Source: Podarcis tiliguerta
Taxonomy: Eukaryota
Length of the DNA: 64,000 nt
Assembly: GCA_965153285.1 (NCBI GenBank)
Contig: OZ229111.1
Reading direction: 5' to 3' (one strand)
Part shown: piece after piece, positions 1-15,340 of the stretch
Numbering within the stretch: the first letter of the stretch is position 1
Layout of the letters: each line of letters starts with the position of its first letter
Made by a program: the position numbers and the translations under genes
Notes under the pieces: generated by a model
The model's input: the letters and a program-made list of their open reading frames with translations, nothing else
The model's database searches: none
What the model was told of the DNA's origin: nothing

Positions 1-585
1 CTGTTTTTAAGGCCTTGCTTATTTGTAATACTAATGAAAGGGAATGTTGGGAGCTGGAGACCAGCCCCAGAGCAGGCAGTTGCTATGAAAATGTCTCTAG
101 GAACAGCCGGGGGGGGGGGGTCACCTCTGGTTTTAGCTTTGTGGTGAATTTTGGTCTAAGGCAGATGGCTAGGATGTTGCTAAGAAGCCCTGCAACTGTG
201 CAGGCTGCTAAGGCACTGCTACTGTTAGCTATTTCCTAGTATGGGGACCATCCTTATTGCCTAGAAGTAGATACTCGTGCCTACTCCTACAGGAAAGACC
301 TGCTGCAGGGATTCTTGGCTTACAACAGGGAGGTCTACACCTGAGGCCACAGCAACTTTTCAAATTTAAATTAAGGTATTGTAAAATAAAAAGTTGCTTA
401 CGGTTTAATATGCAAAGGGGGAAAAAGCAATAACGAGACTCTGTGTGTCATTTCATATACACACAGCTCTCCTGTTGGCAGACAACTGGAAAGGCAAAGG
501 GTCTGCCAGTCTCCTCCTTGAGCAGATCTGTTAGGAAGCACCTTTTGCTATCTCAGCAAATGTGCTCCATAGCTTTGAAGCCCTT

Positions 586-700
586 AGAATCATAGAACTG
601 CAGAGTTGGAAGAGACCCTCTGAGGGTCATATAGGTCCATCACTGCAACACAGGAATCTCAAGCATCCATGACAGATGGCCATCCGACTTCTGCTGAAAG
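586..700 (-). mobile_element. CR1-like LINE/SINE 3' end fragment
   Basis: 'aatcatagaactgcagagttggaagagacc' is the reverse complement of a CR1-type (TTCTATGATT) tail; similar to copies at 2727 and 28236. Confidence 0.6.
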
Positions 701-2332
701 CAGCTTGCAAAAGGGGGAGCTGGGCTGGAGGGCAGAACACCAGCACAACATCCCATTTTGGCAGGAACTCTGCAATGGAAATGTAGAGAATATCCAAAGC
801 AATCCTAAGTCTCTGCTCATGAAACATGTACGTATCTTCTTGCACCCGGCAGGTGGCCACACGTGGATCTTGTGTATGAAGGAACGACCACAACTACATT
901 ATTGTTCAGTTTTCACTGACAGGAAGCATTTAGTCCAGCTGCCCAGCACTAATCTGCTGTCACTCAGAAATAATGCTTTGTCAATTTCCTTAGTGTGCAA
1001 ACAACTACTTCATGGCTTGAGACAGACAAGACAACTGATATGGGTGTTTATGCCTGTTCTACTGAGCTGCAGTAACTTGAGCCTCAACCTGCTTTCCAAA
1101 TGCCTTGCACCCTATCTAATTCTTCATTAATGCAGTCTGTTAGATCCACCTCTGTGTGTTGCAACCTTTGCCCCTTCCCACGATAACTCCCTCTCTCTCC
1201 CCACCTTCTATCCACTTATGAACGTAAGAAACTGTGGGGCCACTCACCAGCTCTTGGAAGAACCTCCTTGCCCAGAGTAGTTTGGCAAACTCTTGTACAA
1301 AGGCTTTTATTGCTTTACACAAGCCACTATTCCCCCCCCCCCACTCCCCCAGGTCTCATTGTCGTTCAGCCGGGCAATAAAATCCCTGTGATCCTATTAC
1401 ATATATTTTTATTAGTGTTATATATTTTATTGCTTTAATAAAGGATTGCAGAGAATGTGTTCACAGAAAAGTACTTTATGGAGTTTATACCAATTACGGC
1501 AGATGGGCTTTTAACCACTCCTTAAAACTTAAGAGGCTGGCTGAAGTGACTTCATGGCAAACATGCCCCCCCCCTCCTGGGATTGCAAATTAGGATACCA
1601 TTGGAGACTACCCAGCATAGGGATAACTGAAAACAGTCAAGTGACATGCTAAGAGAGTGTTTTCCTCTGCTGTACTTCTGCATGTTCCTGTAGTTTAAGC
1701 TGGTGATTGAATGGCAAAGGGCAAGCGGGATTTTCTCTCTTTTCTTTTGTTACTTTATTTGTTTAATTAATTAATTAATTATATGCTTTCCCACTGTGTG
1801 ATTTAGTCCCCTCTTTTGTATTTACCTGCTATATATTTGCTAACACTGTTGTGATTCTTACATCATCATCATCATCATCATCATCATTATTATTATTTCT
1901 TTCCTGGTTGGGAGGGGGGAATGAAGGTTAAAGTTGGCCTGTTTGTTTGTTTACCTTGAGCAGTTTGGACACTTGCACGGGGGGAGGAACGGGGGAGAAA
2001 GGTGGAAACATGAGTATATAATAGCCTGCTGGATCCTGACAGGAACACCTGAGGGCAAAACTGCACATCACAAGAGAAGCACAGTGTTCCCACCTTGGAG
2101 CACTAACACAGGGGGTTAAGGGGCTTCAATGGAGGAAAAGGAGTGGGCTGGAGTGCGGAGGTTTATCCGTATTCTAGCCAGAGTTATCCCTTTCATGTAC
2201 TGCACTGCCAGTCAGCTTTTAACTCCCCCCCCCCAAAAAAAAATCTGAGCTCCAAAATAAATAAGCAAGTCTAGTTTGCAGGGCAGAGAGGCCTCAGAAG
2301 AGGTTGTGGATATACAGGGCAGACCAGCCTTA

Positions 2333-2572
<240 letters not shown>

Positions 2573-2726
2573 TCAGAAGGAAAACCTTTTCTGAAGACAA
2601 ATCTAGGGACATCCAGAAGGAGAACAAGTGATTTGTTGTAACAAAGCAAAATATTAATCTGAAGCAACTGAGTACAGTATACTATGCGAAGCAAATTAAA
2701 CAGTTTTCTACTCCTGTGCCAAATGA

Positions 2727-2842
2727 CTCATAGAACCTCAGAATTGTAGAGCTGGAAGAGACCACGAGGGTCATCTAGTCCAACCCCCTGTAATGCAGGA
2801 ATCTTTTGCCCAACATGGGGCTCGAGATTAAGAATCTCATGT
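2727..2842 (-). mobile_element. Degenerate tRNA-Lys-derived SINE with CR1-like tail
   Basis: CR1-type tail joined to 'gcccaacatggggctcga...gattaagaatctcatg', which resembles reverse-complemented tRNA-Lys(CTT) with an internal deletion. Confidence 0.6.
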
Positions 2843-5800
2843 TCCTTTGGATTTCCTATTGCACAGTCACACTGTGACAACAGGGCTCCTTATGGAGGAA
2901 ATTCAATCCACCCATCAATAAACTGAAAGCAGACCGCTACTGGAGTACAGAAAACCTTTGTGTAACTTCAACCACAATAGGTTGGTTAGTTGAAAAGTTT
3001 GTGGTGATCAGTTGAGTGTGTGGCAAATTAGGAAGTGTTAGGAGCATGTAAAATGGGTATTTGAAGGGATCAGAGGAATGCCCAGACCTTGTAAACATCA
3101 AAGACAGATATAGAGTGAATATTCAGTCAACAGCAGACAGCTGGGAAAGATACACAAGGCTGTCCGCAGACAAGCCATTGCCATTGCCAATGTCACCATA
3201 ACAGCATAATAGAGAATCCACAATGATACCTTAGTGAGAACTAGTGTGGTGTAATGGATAGACTTCTAGATTAGGACCAGAAAGACCAGGTTTCAGTTAC
3301 TCAGCCCTGGCCAGCTCTCTCCCTCTTTCTCAGCCATATAATCACTTCATTTTAAAAAAGGATTTGTACAGCACCTTTTAAGGTCTACTCACTGAAACAT
3401 GCAAGATAAAATGCAATGCAATCACAATATTAAAAATCAGCAGGAATGGAAAAAAACACCTCTCCAACTGAATCCAATACCAAGTGCAATCCAGAACCAT
3501 CAGGAATATTATGAAACAGCTATAGCAAACAACACAAGCAAAAGCCAGTGAAAACAAATAGGTCTTTAAGGCTTTCTTTAAACACCTGTGACAATGAGGG
3601 CCAATGGATACCTGCCAGCTACCACAAAAAAGGCCCTTTCCCTTGAGCCTGCCAACACAAGAGCTCTCAGAGGCGGGCAAGTCAGAAGTCTCTCCACTGA
3701 CAATCTTAATGTGTGGGTGGATTAGTGTTTCACAGGACTGTTTTGAAGTTTAAAAAGATAGAGGAAGGAAGAACCATTCATGCTGTCCTGGGTCCATGGA
3801 AGGAGAACACAATAAAAAATGAAATTTTTCATCAGTTGAGGGAAATCAAGTTAGGCCAATCAGGAGTGGCGCAAGTCTTTTTCCCTCAAACCAGAGCCAC
3901 CTCCCACACACCTGACACGGCTGCAAAGGAACAATCAGGAACCGTAAAGTGTGCTTCTGAATGTTCCTTGGCAAGTAAGGCTTGCTGTCAGCACTTATCA
4001 GAGGCAACAGCAAGTCCTCCAGGGATCAGTTGCACTACTCTGCAGTGCAGCCAATCATTGCTTTTGGCAGGAATCTTCCTTTGCCGCTTTGCTTCAGATC
4101 AAGCTAGGCCGAGAAGGGAGAAAGGAAAGAATCAGCAGCACACTTAGACTGCATGCCTGGGTCTTTCCTCTGACGTACATTCAGCTGATGTCATGGTGAT
4201 GTCAGGTAACTAACAGGCTGACACCCTTACCCACCTGTCAAAATGGCCTGAGGGGAATAGGGGAGCTCAGGATCCAGCCCATCAATCAGATATTGTCCCC
4301 CACTCCCCCCAGATATAATCATCTATGCTTGATGCATATACCCTTGGGAACACGGAGGCAACATGGATATAAACTGAGGGGAGGGATATTGGTTGATGTA
4401 GTTCTTGGCAGTAACAGCTGGTAGTGAAGCAGCTGCTTGCTATGGAGGGCTCTATGCAATTCCAAAAAACTCTGTTGGGCTTTGTTCTGTTGTTGCAGAT
4501 AGAAATTGAACAGCACACCTGTGATGGGAGCTTCTCTGAGGTAGGCTCTATGGAGCAGGTGAGCAGTGGAGGGGGGAAATTTCTGGTGTATGTACCTTTA
4601 AAAATATTTTTTTATTATATTTATTAGAAATTTGACCCAATTGCTCTCACTTTGATACAGAGGCACAGAAGAGAAAGGGGACCACTGCATGATGGCAGTC
4701 AAAAGTTTCTGTCTGTATTTGTCACACAGCGGTATAAATAAGTAGAAATAATTCTGAATGCAATGTCCTTTGCCTTTCTCAATCAGAAATATGAAGCATT
4801 AATATAGTTTGAATTAAAAGCTGTGGCACAGCTGGGATAATGGAAGAACATCGTTGCATCCTCAAGAAACCAAGAAAAGTGGAGCAATGCTGAACAGGCA
4901 TCTGGTCAGGAGCAAATGGCAACATATTGCCTCTGGGAGGTGAAGATCAAAGGCCTCCCCTATCCTTTGGCCACAATCTCTGCCAAGGGATGGTGTTAAG
5001 ATGCTTACAAGGGCACTTTCCTACCCAAAACCACAGATACATTTGGAGTGCAAAGGAGGCAGACATCTGGAGACACCAGTGACAAGGATTTCCCCTCATC
5101 TTCTCAAAGTGGGTGTGGGGTTCACTGCTTCAAGCAGAAGACTCCTGATTGTGCTGGTCCCTTCCTTGCAGCTGCTGAGGATGCTCAATTCAATGCATCA
5201 TACCTGTAAGCTTCCTTTTCATCTTTCTTGGGCTATGACATCTTCCATCCATCCACATCACAACTGGCCCAGAAATATGAAGTCACTACACTCCTCAGGT
5301 CCCCAGGAAACTTATAAACAAATTGACAACTCCACACTACTACCCCAACTCCACACTACTACCCCAAATCTTGAAATCTAGACATGCTGTGAAGAACAAC
5401 AGGTCTGGGGAAATTTAAATGCTGCTAGAACTTTTTTTTTTAAGTCCAGCAAAAAAGGAGTCCAGCAAAAAAGGAGGAAGGAGATTCTTTGAGCAAGCCT
5501 ACTTAACAGCGTCCCGTTCATTTCTTACACATTTTCCATGGGGGCCTATGAGCTCAAGGAAACTGCTTCTCATGCTGCAAACAGCCTGGTGGGAAGAACT
5601 AAGGCTTCAACCCCATTTTCAGAGCATGTTCCTCTGTCAATTTCCCCCCTCTTTGTCAGCTGGGGTAGAAAAATGTCATGGTTTTGCTTGGTATATCAAT
5701 ATGGTGGTAGTGGTAGCAACAGATAGGTCTTTCACAGAACTGAGCTACCTCCAGTGAATTCCACTCTCTTCTTGTGTGACGCATTTTCAGTAGGAAAACT

Positions 5801-6290
5801 TTTTGTGGGGTGGGGAAAATAATTTGTTAACAAGACAAACATGCCTGGAAAAGTGAACCAGAACCTTCTTGGTAAAATCCAAAACCTGCCTTCATCTTAC
5901 CCAATATGACATGCTTGCACTTTTAACAAAATTAATTAAGATTGCAAGCTCCTTTGGCTAGAGATTTTGCTCTGCTCCTTTCCCTACAAATCACACTGGC
6001 AGCAGTTTCATTACAAACGGGTGCCTCCATTATTCCCCCCTCCCCCCCCATGTGCTTTATTTGTCAGTCATTGGGGACTGAGAGCAATTGTCCTCGCTTT
6101 GAAAAACCAACCAACCTGTCTTTTCCAATTGGCTAGGAAGATTTCTTCACCCTCCAGTCCTGGGAGGTTCTTTCATAGACATGTGCAGGTTTGCCAGGCT
6201 CTCCAGCCATTCAGAGCACACATTACAAAAGCAACTCTTCTTACACAGCTGCATCTTGCAAGGCCACCTCCCCATGGTTGAAGCCACTCA

Positions 6291-6530
<240 letters not shown>

Positions 6531-7965
6531 TCAGGCTGGGGAAACACATTATTTGGTAACTAAAAACAGGACCCTGGCTGGCAATAACCTTTGGCTAGTC
6601 AGATTCCCAGAAAACAGGGTAGATATTCTCTCTTAATCTCCATAGATGGTAGTGATTTGGAAATGTGGTTTACTAGCTCTTCTGCCCCTTTCTGCTACTT
6701 GCTCCAGACCCATCCCAACCCAGAATTCATGTTTCTCTTGACTGGGTCTTCAAAATCCATTCTGTACAGCTGAGTGGCTCCTATTTCCTTTCCCCAGAAA
6801 TTCACAGCTGCTGGGGAAGCTCAAGCAATCTCTCTCTGAGAGAGAAATAAGTTTCAGACCCCTGCCGACACACTGAGATTTCTGGGGATACCCCCTCTCG
6901 TAATTCCTCACAGCTTCTGAGCCTAGCTAGGAGAGATTCCTACACATAGAAACCTACCATGTAAGGGAGAAGGCTAATTCAAATTCATTCTCCCTGGCAT
7001 CTCATTTTCTATGTGGAATGATTTTTGTGTGTGCATGGAACAGTATTCCATGATCTGGACCCTCAGCTGCAGTCTGAAGTGGTATAGCCCAGGCACACAG
7101 GTATACCACCTCAGGCACAGGTTCCCATGAAATACATTTGACTCAAACACCAAATGCTTGGCTCCATAGTATTCTTATCATGTGAGTGCTGGGCACACAT
7201 GCACATTTTAATTCCAGGAAATGATCTCAAGAAATGAACTCTGCACATTGAATTATCACCCTGGAATAAGCATGGCCATTAGTATGCAGGGGCCTGCCTC
7301 CCTGGACTCTGCTGAATTGGAAACCAGGCATCATTGGGATTCTTCCCTCTCTCCCTCCTCTCCCCTCCCAACATAACGACTCTTCCTTTATTACAGAAAG
7401 CATAGCGATAAATCAGTTCCAAGCGTTTCCATGCTCTCATATCGCCATTTAAAAATGTTTCTTTTTCAGCCCGGCTAATTACTGACAGTTACTGAACTAT
7501 ACAAAAGCAATTTGGACTTCCATTTAACAAATGCCAGAGATGAGAGTGTATGTTCTTGTCCCCTGAAATAGTTAAGAGGATCTGAGAGATGAAATCGGCA
7601 GAAGGGGAGACATGAAACCTTGCATGTAGCAGAGGGCTTGTCGCATCTCACCACTTGCTGAGCACCCAAATCCCCCTGTGCTCTAGTATAAATGGATAGG
7701 AAGTCGGAATTTGGCTCTCTAGTGCTATGCATGCTGCTGGTGCTAACTTTCCTACCGTATTCTTAACTAATTATGATGGTGACGTTTGCTCCAATCTTTA
7801 GCTATGATGGTTATATAAACTTACATTCAATTTGCACTGGTCCAGGGCAGTGTGCCCAACTCCCTTGCACTGGCTCTGATAGGCCAGCAGAAAGGGATCT
7901 AGCAGAAACTGTTTGAATGCATATTGGAGGCTTCACCTACCCTAGGAAAAAGTGGGGTTTAAGTA

Positions 7966-8184
7966 CAGTGGTACCTCGGGTTACGTATCCCTCTGGATAC
8001 GTAATCTTCAGGTTGCAAACCCGGTAAACCCGGAAGTGTATACTTGCGGGCTTTGCCGTGTGCGTGCACAGAAGCACTCAATCGCGCCATATGTGTGCGT
8101 AGAAGGGCCCTTCCATTTTACAGACTTTTCAGGATACTGCCAGGCCTCCGGAATGGATCCCGTCCGTAACCAGAGGTACCACTG
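7966..8184. mobile_element. Tc1/mariner (Tigger-like) MITE
   Basis: TIRs CAGTGGTACCTC(G/T)GGTTACG, 19/20 match, flanked by TA on both sides. Confidence 0.9.
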
Positions 8185-8573
8185 TACATTCATTTTCCAC
8201 CTTTGGGAACTTGGTTTCCCACACGACTAAAGCGATTTCTACCACTTGATCTCTTATCTGAGAAAAACTGGGGCAAACCAAGAGTTCCTGTGAGGTTTCC
8301 TAGCTCAGCATTGTCTGCACCAAGGTTGGGAATTCTTTCAATCCCAAAGGCCACATTTCCTTGTTGCCCACTCCCCCAAAGGCCACACGCCAGCAATGGA
8401 CAGGACCACAAGGTGGGCAGGGCTGAATTAGGCAGGCCCAGAGTTGCATATAGAGTGTAGAGTGATTCTACACTGAGTGGCAGGAGCTCTCCAGGGTTGC
8501 AGACCACCCCACCTGGAGACTCCCTTCTGCATGCACAGATTGCGTTCTACAACTGAGCTGTGGGCCCTACTTA

Positions 8574-8816
<243 letters not shown>

Positions 8817-9355
8817 TTATAAGAAGAAAAGTTATGCCCTGAAATGACACTGGCATTGCCAGTGAAAGCCACAGAAATGTACAGGCTGTGTTACAGAAGT
8901 GATCTCATCTCTTCACAACATCCATAGACAAAGCAGATGAGGTGACACCTGTTCTTGGGCCTACTCTAATAGTAAGACCGAAGCATCAATGAAGGCTGTT
9001 TTACATAGTAAAACACAAGGAATCTAAGCACTCTGCCATGTGTGTTTCATCTGCAATTCAGAAGTAGGCTTAGCCATAGCAGACTGTCATAGAGTGCAAC
9101 CATTTTTCCCATGGGGGCACCAGACGATACCCTCTTAGTATCCATCCATTAGGGGGCACTTGTTTGCAGTATCAGTCACTTATGAATCTTGAATTTAAAA
9201 ACCCCCTTCTGATGGTAAGACTTATTTTATAGGCAGAGAAAGGAATTTGGTTATAACCCTGATCTTTTGAGAGTTCCAGGTCACTGTCTGTTAGCCACAA
9301 GTTCATTCATGTTCAGTCGAATGCTATACTTGGCTTGCTGAAGGTTTTAAGTTCT

Positions 9356-9988
9356 GAAGAAACCAGAGGCCTTTCTCCTGGGCATGGTCGGCCAATTGGT
9401 GTCAAAGAAGGATAGAACTTTCTTTATGTACGCCACAACAGCAGCAACGGTACTTATTGCGCAGTATTGGAAGACACAAGAACTACCCACTCTGGAAGAA
9501 TGGCAGATGAAGGTGATGGACTACATGGAACTGGCAAAAATGACTGGCAGAATCAGAGACCAGGGAGAAGAGATGGTGGAAGAAGATTGGAAGAAATTTA
9601 AAGACTATTTACAGAAATATTATAAGATTAATGAATGTTAGAATGACATCGGATTGAGCTTAAAAGGTTATTAGCAACAATGTGGTGAAGGAGTATGGAA
9701 AATTTGAAGGTAAAAAGGTGTAAAATTAAAGGTTCAATATATTAAGATATTAAGATAAAGATTAAGTTAAGTTAAGTTAGAGGGAAGGGATTTGCTGATT
9801 AAATATTTGAATTGGAATACAGTGAGGGGAGGTGTGGGGAAGTCTGGGAAATAAGTAAACGCAAGGAATATTATGAGAATGGAATTGTTTTTATTTGTTT
9901 TTTCTGTGTTTTTGTATTTTTGTATTTTTCTTTTATTCTTTCTTTTTATGTAAAAACCCTAATAAAAATATTATTATTTTTTTTAAAA
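9356..9988 (+). mobile_element. 5'-truncated L1-like LINE (ORF2 C-terminus, 3'UTR and AATAAA)
   Basis: ORF 9384..9641 has L1-type C-terminal residues (IAQYWK, EEW, DWKKF); AATAAA at 9961; perfect 15-bp TSD AAGGTTTTAAGTTCT at 9341-9355 and 9989-10003. Confidence 0.85.
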
Positions 9989-10063
9989 AAGGTTTTAAGT
10001 TCTTACAAGGATAGATAAACACATAGCTACTGAAGTATGAAATACATTCAATACATGAAGCTA

Positions 10064-10305
10064 CAGTAGTACCTTGGTTCTCAAACAGCTTAGTTGACAA
10101 ACAAATCAGCTCCCGAATGCCGAAAACCCAGAAGTAAGTGTTCCAGTAACCGAAGGTTTACTGGAAGCTGAATGTCCGACGCCACTTCTGCTTGAGTGCA
10201 GGAAGCTCCTGTAGCCAATCAGAAGCTGTGCCTTGGTTTATTAACGGTTTTGGGAGTCGAATGGACGTCTGGAATGGATTAAGTTCAAGAACCAAGGTTC
10301 TACTG
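10064..10305. mobile_element. Tc1/mariner (Tigger-like) MITE, older copy
   Basis: TIRs CAGTAG(T/A)ACCTTGGTTCT(C/T), flanked by TA. Confidence 0.85.
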
Positions 10306-12214
10306 TATAATACACCTGAACCTCCCAGGACTGTGTTGAAATTGCAGTGTTAAGCAGCAGTAATTAGTGCTGTGCTTAAGTTTTTCACATAAGACTATGA
10401 TAGAAATCCATGAGAAGCTTCATGAAAAGCACGCCCATTTTCATCTTTTTTTCTTTTCTTTGGCTGTTTGAAGCTAGATGGCACATGCTGAGCCAGATTG
10501 TCAAGGTGGTTTGTGGCAGGCACCACTATTAATTTTTATCTCAGAATGCACTTTGCACTGGGGGCATTTTGGGATAAGAAATGTAGCAGCTGGCGGCTTG
10601 CTACAGCATTGAGAACTCTGGCGAATTTTGTGCCCACCCCCCAAAATATTCCTTCACACTCCTCTGAAAATTGCAAGAATTAGCCTGTTTCTCCACCTGC
10701 TCTTGGAGGAATGTTTTTGATTCAGGATGAGAAGCAACCCACAGCAGCCAACCTCCAGTGAGAAAATAAATAGCTATGGTAGATTATTACAATTTATTAT
10801 TTGGTCTGGGAATAAAGTAGGAGAGAGGGAGAGAGAGAGATTCGGCTGTGCCATTTGCATGCCAGCTCCTGCAATTAATGTGGCTTTCTCCAGTTCTCAG
10901 AACTCGACAATATTATTATTGTTTGCTTTTGTACAAATCTTATATTATTGACCATTTGATTTACATCAGAAACCAGGGCAGCAATTACACAGTGTGAGTA
11001 GCCATTGGACTTTTAAAGCTCCCTTGCCTCGGCTTTTGCTGATGCAGAGTGCTGATAAAATGAGGGCGTCTATCAAGCATATGAACAATGAGCACAGGGG
11101 AAATCAGTGATTGCAGCAACCGGAGGCTGGGATTCAGTTTTGCTTCGTCAACAGCTAGGATGCAAAACTAGTCTTTGCAGCTGGGTGTTTGGGTTTTTTT
11201 CCTTTTTTCCTTTTGGCCAAATGTAACTGGGGCCAGAAATGCTCCATAGGTAGGTGAAGAGTTTAAAAGAATGAAGCCAGGTCCCTCTGCATATATGGAG
11301 AGGCAGAAGAACCTGGGCCCATGCCTATCACCAGGCCAAGTGGGCTGATTAGGATTACCAGTGGCCCGGAAAAATAAAGAAAGAGATTTAAAAATGCCAT
11401 CTAGGGGTTGTCTTTGTATTTAAAGCATGACACCGGGCTGGGCTGGAGGGAGTACCTTGAAGACTGAAACTGGCTTGTCTGTCTGATTGCCTGATCATCT
11501 GTCACTCAAGCCAAAACACACTCTTTTCCTTTCTTTTTGCTTATTCCTTGAGGTCAGAAGTTGTGTAAGGAATTCAAGGAATGGAGCAGGTGAACAGAGT
11601 CAGAAATTCTAAGACAACAGCAGCCGTGCTATCACAGAAGCCCAAGAGCTAGTGGGGAAGCCTATAGGGAACTTCTGCTCATGACCTCTGGTTTTTGGGT
11701 GTGTATAAGTGTGGTTTGGTTTAGTTTTGCTGGTTTTACTAGAGCTAGGTATGAGTGGGCTGGGCAAGAAAAGTGCATCATCCTTGCAAAATGTTACATA
11801 TGCCCTTAGCATGTGCAGGGAGCAGATCACTCTGGGACAGCAAGGCATCTAGAGTAAGCATTGGCTATCACCCATCTTGTGATAATGGGCCCAGAGGCTG
11901 ATAATGTATGCTGTGGGGAAGGGATAAGTTTCTCTAAAGAACCTTGGATTTCAATTGCTGCTGCAATGCAATTATCATTAGAATCTCTTGCGATGCAACT
12001 GCAGCAGTGAGAACTCCAAACCCTTAAGTGTTTGGTGTTAAGCAGATAAGAGGTCAGAAATCATCGCAAATGGAATAATAAGTTGTCTCCATATACTCTC
12101 TGCTGATTTATAACAGCAAGACTGAAGAGGGCAGAAACTTGACAGCATGGTAGGATGAAAGACCCACCAGATTCTGTGTGTGACTTGGCAGTCTGTACAT
12201 CTACTCAAACTTTA

Positions 12215-12502
<288 letters not shown>

Positions 12503-12875
12503 TCAGCTGTCCTCCCTCCACCTCACTTAGTTTGCAGCAAGGCCTGTCACACCACCAAGAGTATATGATTCGTGTTGGGCTACCCTTTAGAACCAGGCAA
12601 TGAAAGTTCATAGGCTGGGTGGCTCTATTAACCAAGAAATCATTGGACTTCCTCTTTCTTTCTTTTTTTACTGCCAGGGGAACTGCAAGCAGTGAGCGGA
12701 AGCTGCTAAAACCTAAGGCCAGCTCATACTGTTGGCAGGTTCTCTCCAGTCCTAACCTGCCCAAATACATGTTCTCTCAAATACTTGAGACATCAACCTG
12801 CTGCGCCATTCATATAAGATACTTCTGAAGGACCCCTGGGATCTCTGAGGAGGAACGGCAGGCTATAAATATCGT

Positions 12876-12909
<34 letters not shown>

Positions 12910-13514
12910 TCTTTTTCTGCTCTGCTAGTTTTAACTGGCTGCTTTTGCATTTTAAAGGGGGAAGATGAAAGGAAACTCTTTCTTCAAACACACTGGGTTG
13001 TATCTAATGCTGCACAGGAAGTTCTGCTCAAATCAAAACACTTCTTAAATAAACGTTAAAGAGCTGTAGTCCCCCCCCCCCACCACACCCTTTCCGCAAC
13101 AAAGTGCTAACTTAAGGGTGTGCCACAATAGATACCTTACCTATCCTCATCAACTAACATGGAACTTTATTCTTGCCAGGGACTTTAACTAAGAGACCCT
13201 GACAAAAAATACAAGTTTTGCAGAAGTAATTACACAGGATATGACGAGTCAACAGGTAGAGGGATGAGACAGAATCAGAAGAAGAATTTCTGAAGTGGCA
13301 ATGTTGGTAGGTTTGCTATAAGTAGCACTGAGGTGGGCTTGGGTGATTTTCTCTTCCAAAACTGATGCATGAGACATTGGAAAGGGGTTAAGAAAAGTTG
13401 CTTTGGCTGCAATATTGCATCTTTTCTGCTCTGCCTTTGCTTCAGGAAGACTGATTCCTAATCTCCAGACTGTTCCGGAATTCCAGACAGCAAGCAATGA
13501 CGGCTGTTTTCTCA

Positions 13515-13616
<102 letters not shown>

Positions 13617-14007
13617 CTATAGCAAGAATATTAGCAAAACAAAGATTGAATGGACTTTTCAGATCCACATATCATGCATCTCTCATCCCAGTAGCTCCTC
13701 ACACTAAGACAAGCTGAAATTGCAATTGCCTATTCAGTGGGTTCCCAAACGCAGTTCAATACAATGGACCAATGGACCATCATGCCTCAGGGAAAAGATG
13801 GAAGCTGAGGTAGTCTCAGTCAACATCCCCATTCTATCCTCTCCTCAGCCTAATTTGCTCTGAGGCAAATTCTACTTTCTACATTTTTAAACATTTTCTC
13901 TTTTTTCATGTATCTTGCTCGCATTCTAAAACATTTAGCTAGGTATTGTCCTAATAACTGCCCCACTTTGAGGAAATACCCCCACACTAGTACACTACCC
14001 CTCAATT

Positions 14008-14303
14008 CAGGGGTTGGGAACCTGAGGCCTAAAGATCAAATATGGCCCTCCAGAATTCTCTCAAAATTCTGCCTAGTAGGCCACACCCCTCACTGACCCT
14101 ACTGTGCACTCTTCCTTACATGTTTTTGCATGACTGTATGGAGGATAGGGGTGTGTGTGTGTGTGTAGAAACTAGCCTGCTGTACAAAGATAAATTTTCA
14201 TTCATTGCTCCACCCACTTCTGCCTCTGCCCCTCCCCTTGATGCCCTCAAGCTTGTCCAGAAGGGAATATGGCCCTAGGGCTGGAAAGGGTTACCTGTCC
14301 CTG
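14008..14303. mobile_element. Non-autonomous hAT-like element
   Basis: Ends CAGGGGTTGGGAACC ... GGTTACCTGTCCCTG; degenerate 8-bp TSD CCTCAATT/CCTTAATC. Confidence 0.6.
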
Positions 14304-14561
14304 CCTTAATCCTTTCTGAGGAGAAGCCATGTTGGGCTAGGTGTGTAGAGGATGGAAACTTGACAGTCCCTTGCCCCAGCAAGGCTGACTGTGAATGCAG
14401 AAAGCTGGCAAGTGACAAGGTGGCCTACTATCTGCGGGCAGCTGCAAAGGCAAGCAGTGAGTGGTTCCCACTGGCCCACAACCCATGTCATTTCAAACTG
14501 GATCCCTTCTGAAAGGCTGAGCCAACCCCCTTAGATGCCCCAAAGGGTGCATCAGGGTATA

Positions 14562-14803
14562 CAGTGGTACCTCAGGTTAAATACTTAATTCGTTCTGGAG
14601 GTCCGTACTTAACCTGAAACTGTTCTTAACCTGAAGCACCACTTTAGCTAATGGGGCCTCCTGCTGCTGCTGCGCCACCAAAGCACAATTTCTGTTCTCA
14701 TCCTGAAGCAAAGTTCTTAACCTGAAGCACTATTTCTGGGTTAGCGGAGTCTGTAACCTGAAGCATATGTAACCTGAAGCGTATGTAACCTGAGGTACCA
14801 CTG
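14562..14803. mobile_element. Tc1/mariner (Tigger-like) MITE
   Basis: Perfect TIRs CAGTGGTACCTCAGGTTA, TA flanks, internal TAACCTGAA repeats. Confidence 0.9.
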
Positions 14804-14989
14804 TATACTAAAAGACCACTCTAGATTGTTTGGCAGTATACTCAGGAACTGTCCTGTTTGTGACTGATCATTAATCTACATTACGCAATATCCAGATTAC
14901 AGTCAAGAGTGTATCATGCATTTCTCTTGTATCAGATGCAGAGGCTGTCTGCAGTGCCCTTCTCTCACACTGTACACATGAAGCATCTA

Positions 14990-15340
<351 letters not shown>

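Noticed and set aside
1-540. Possible solo LTR (AATAAA at 386, LTR-like composition)
   Set aside because: Truncated by the window edge; no TG...CA/TSD pair, PBS or PPT could be established.
4226-4245. ag|GTGG|gtaagg mini-exon-like motif
   Set aside because: 4 nt, frameshifting, weak pyrimidine tract and probably within a repeat.
14562-14803. Spaced TAACCTGAA repeats resembling a CRISPR-like array
   Set aside because: Internal subterminal repeats of a MITE in a vertebrate intron; spacing is irregular and there are no cas genes.
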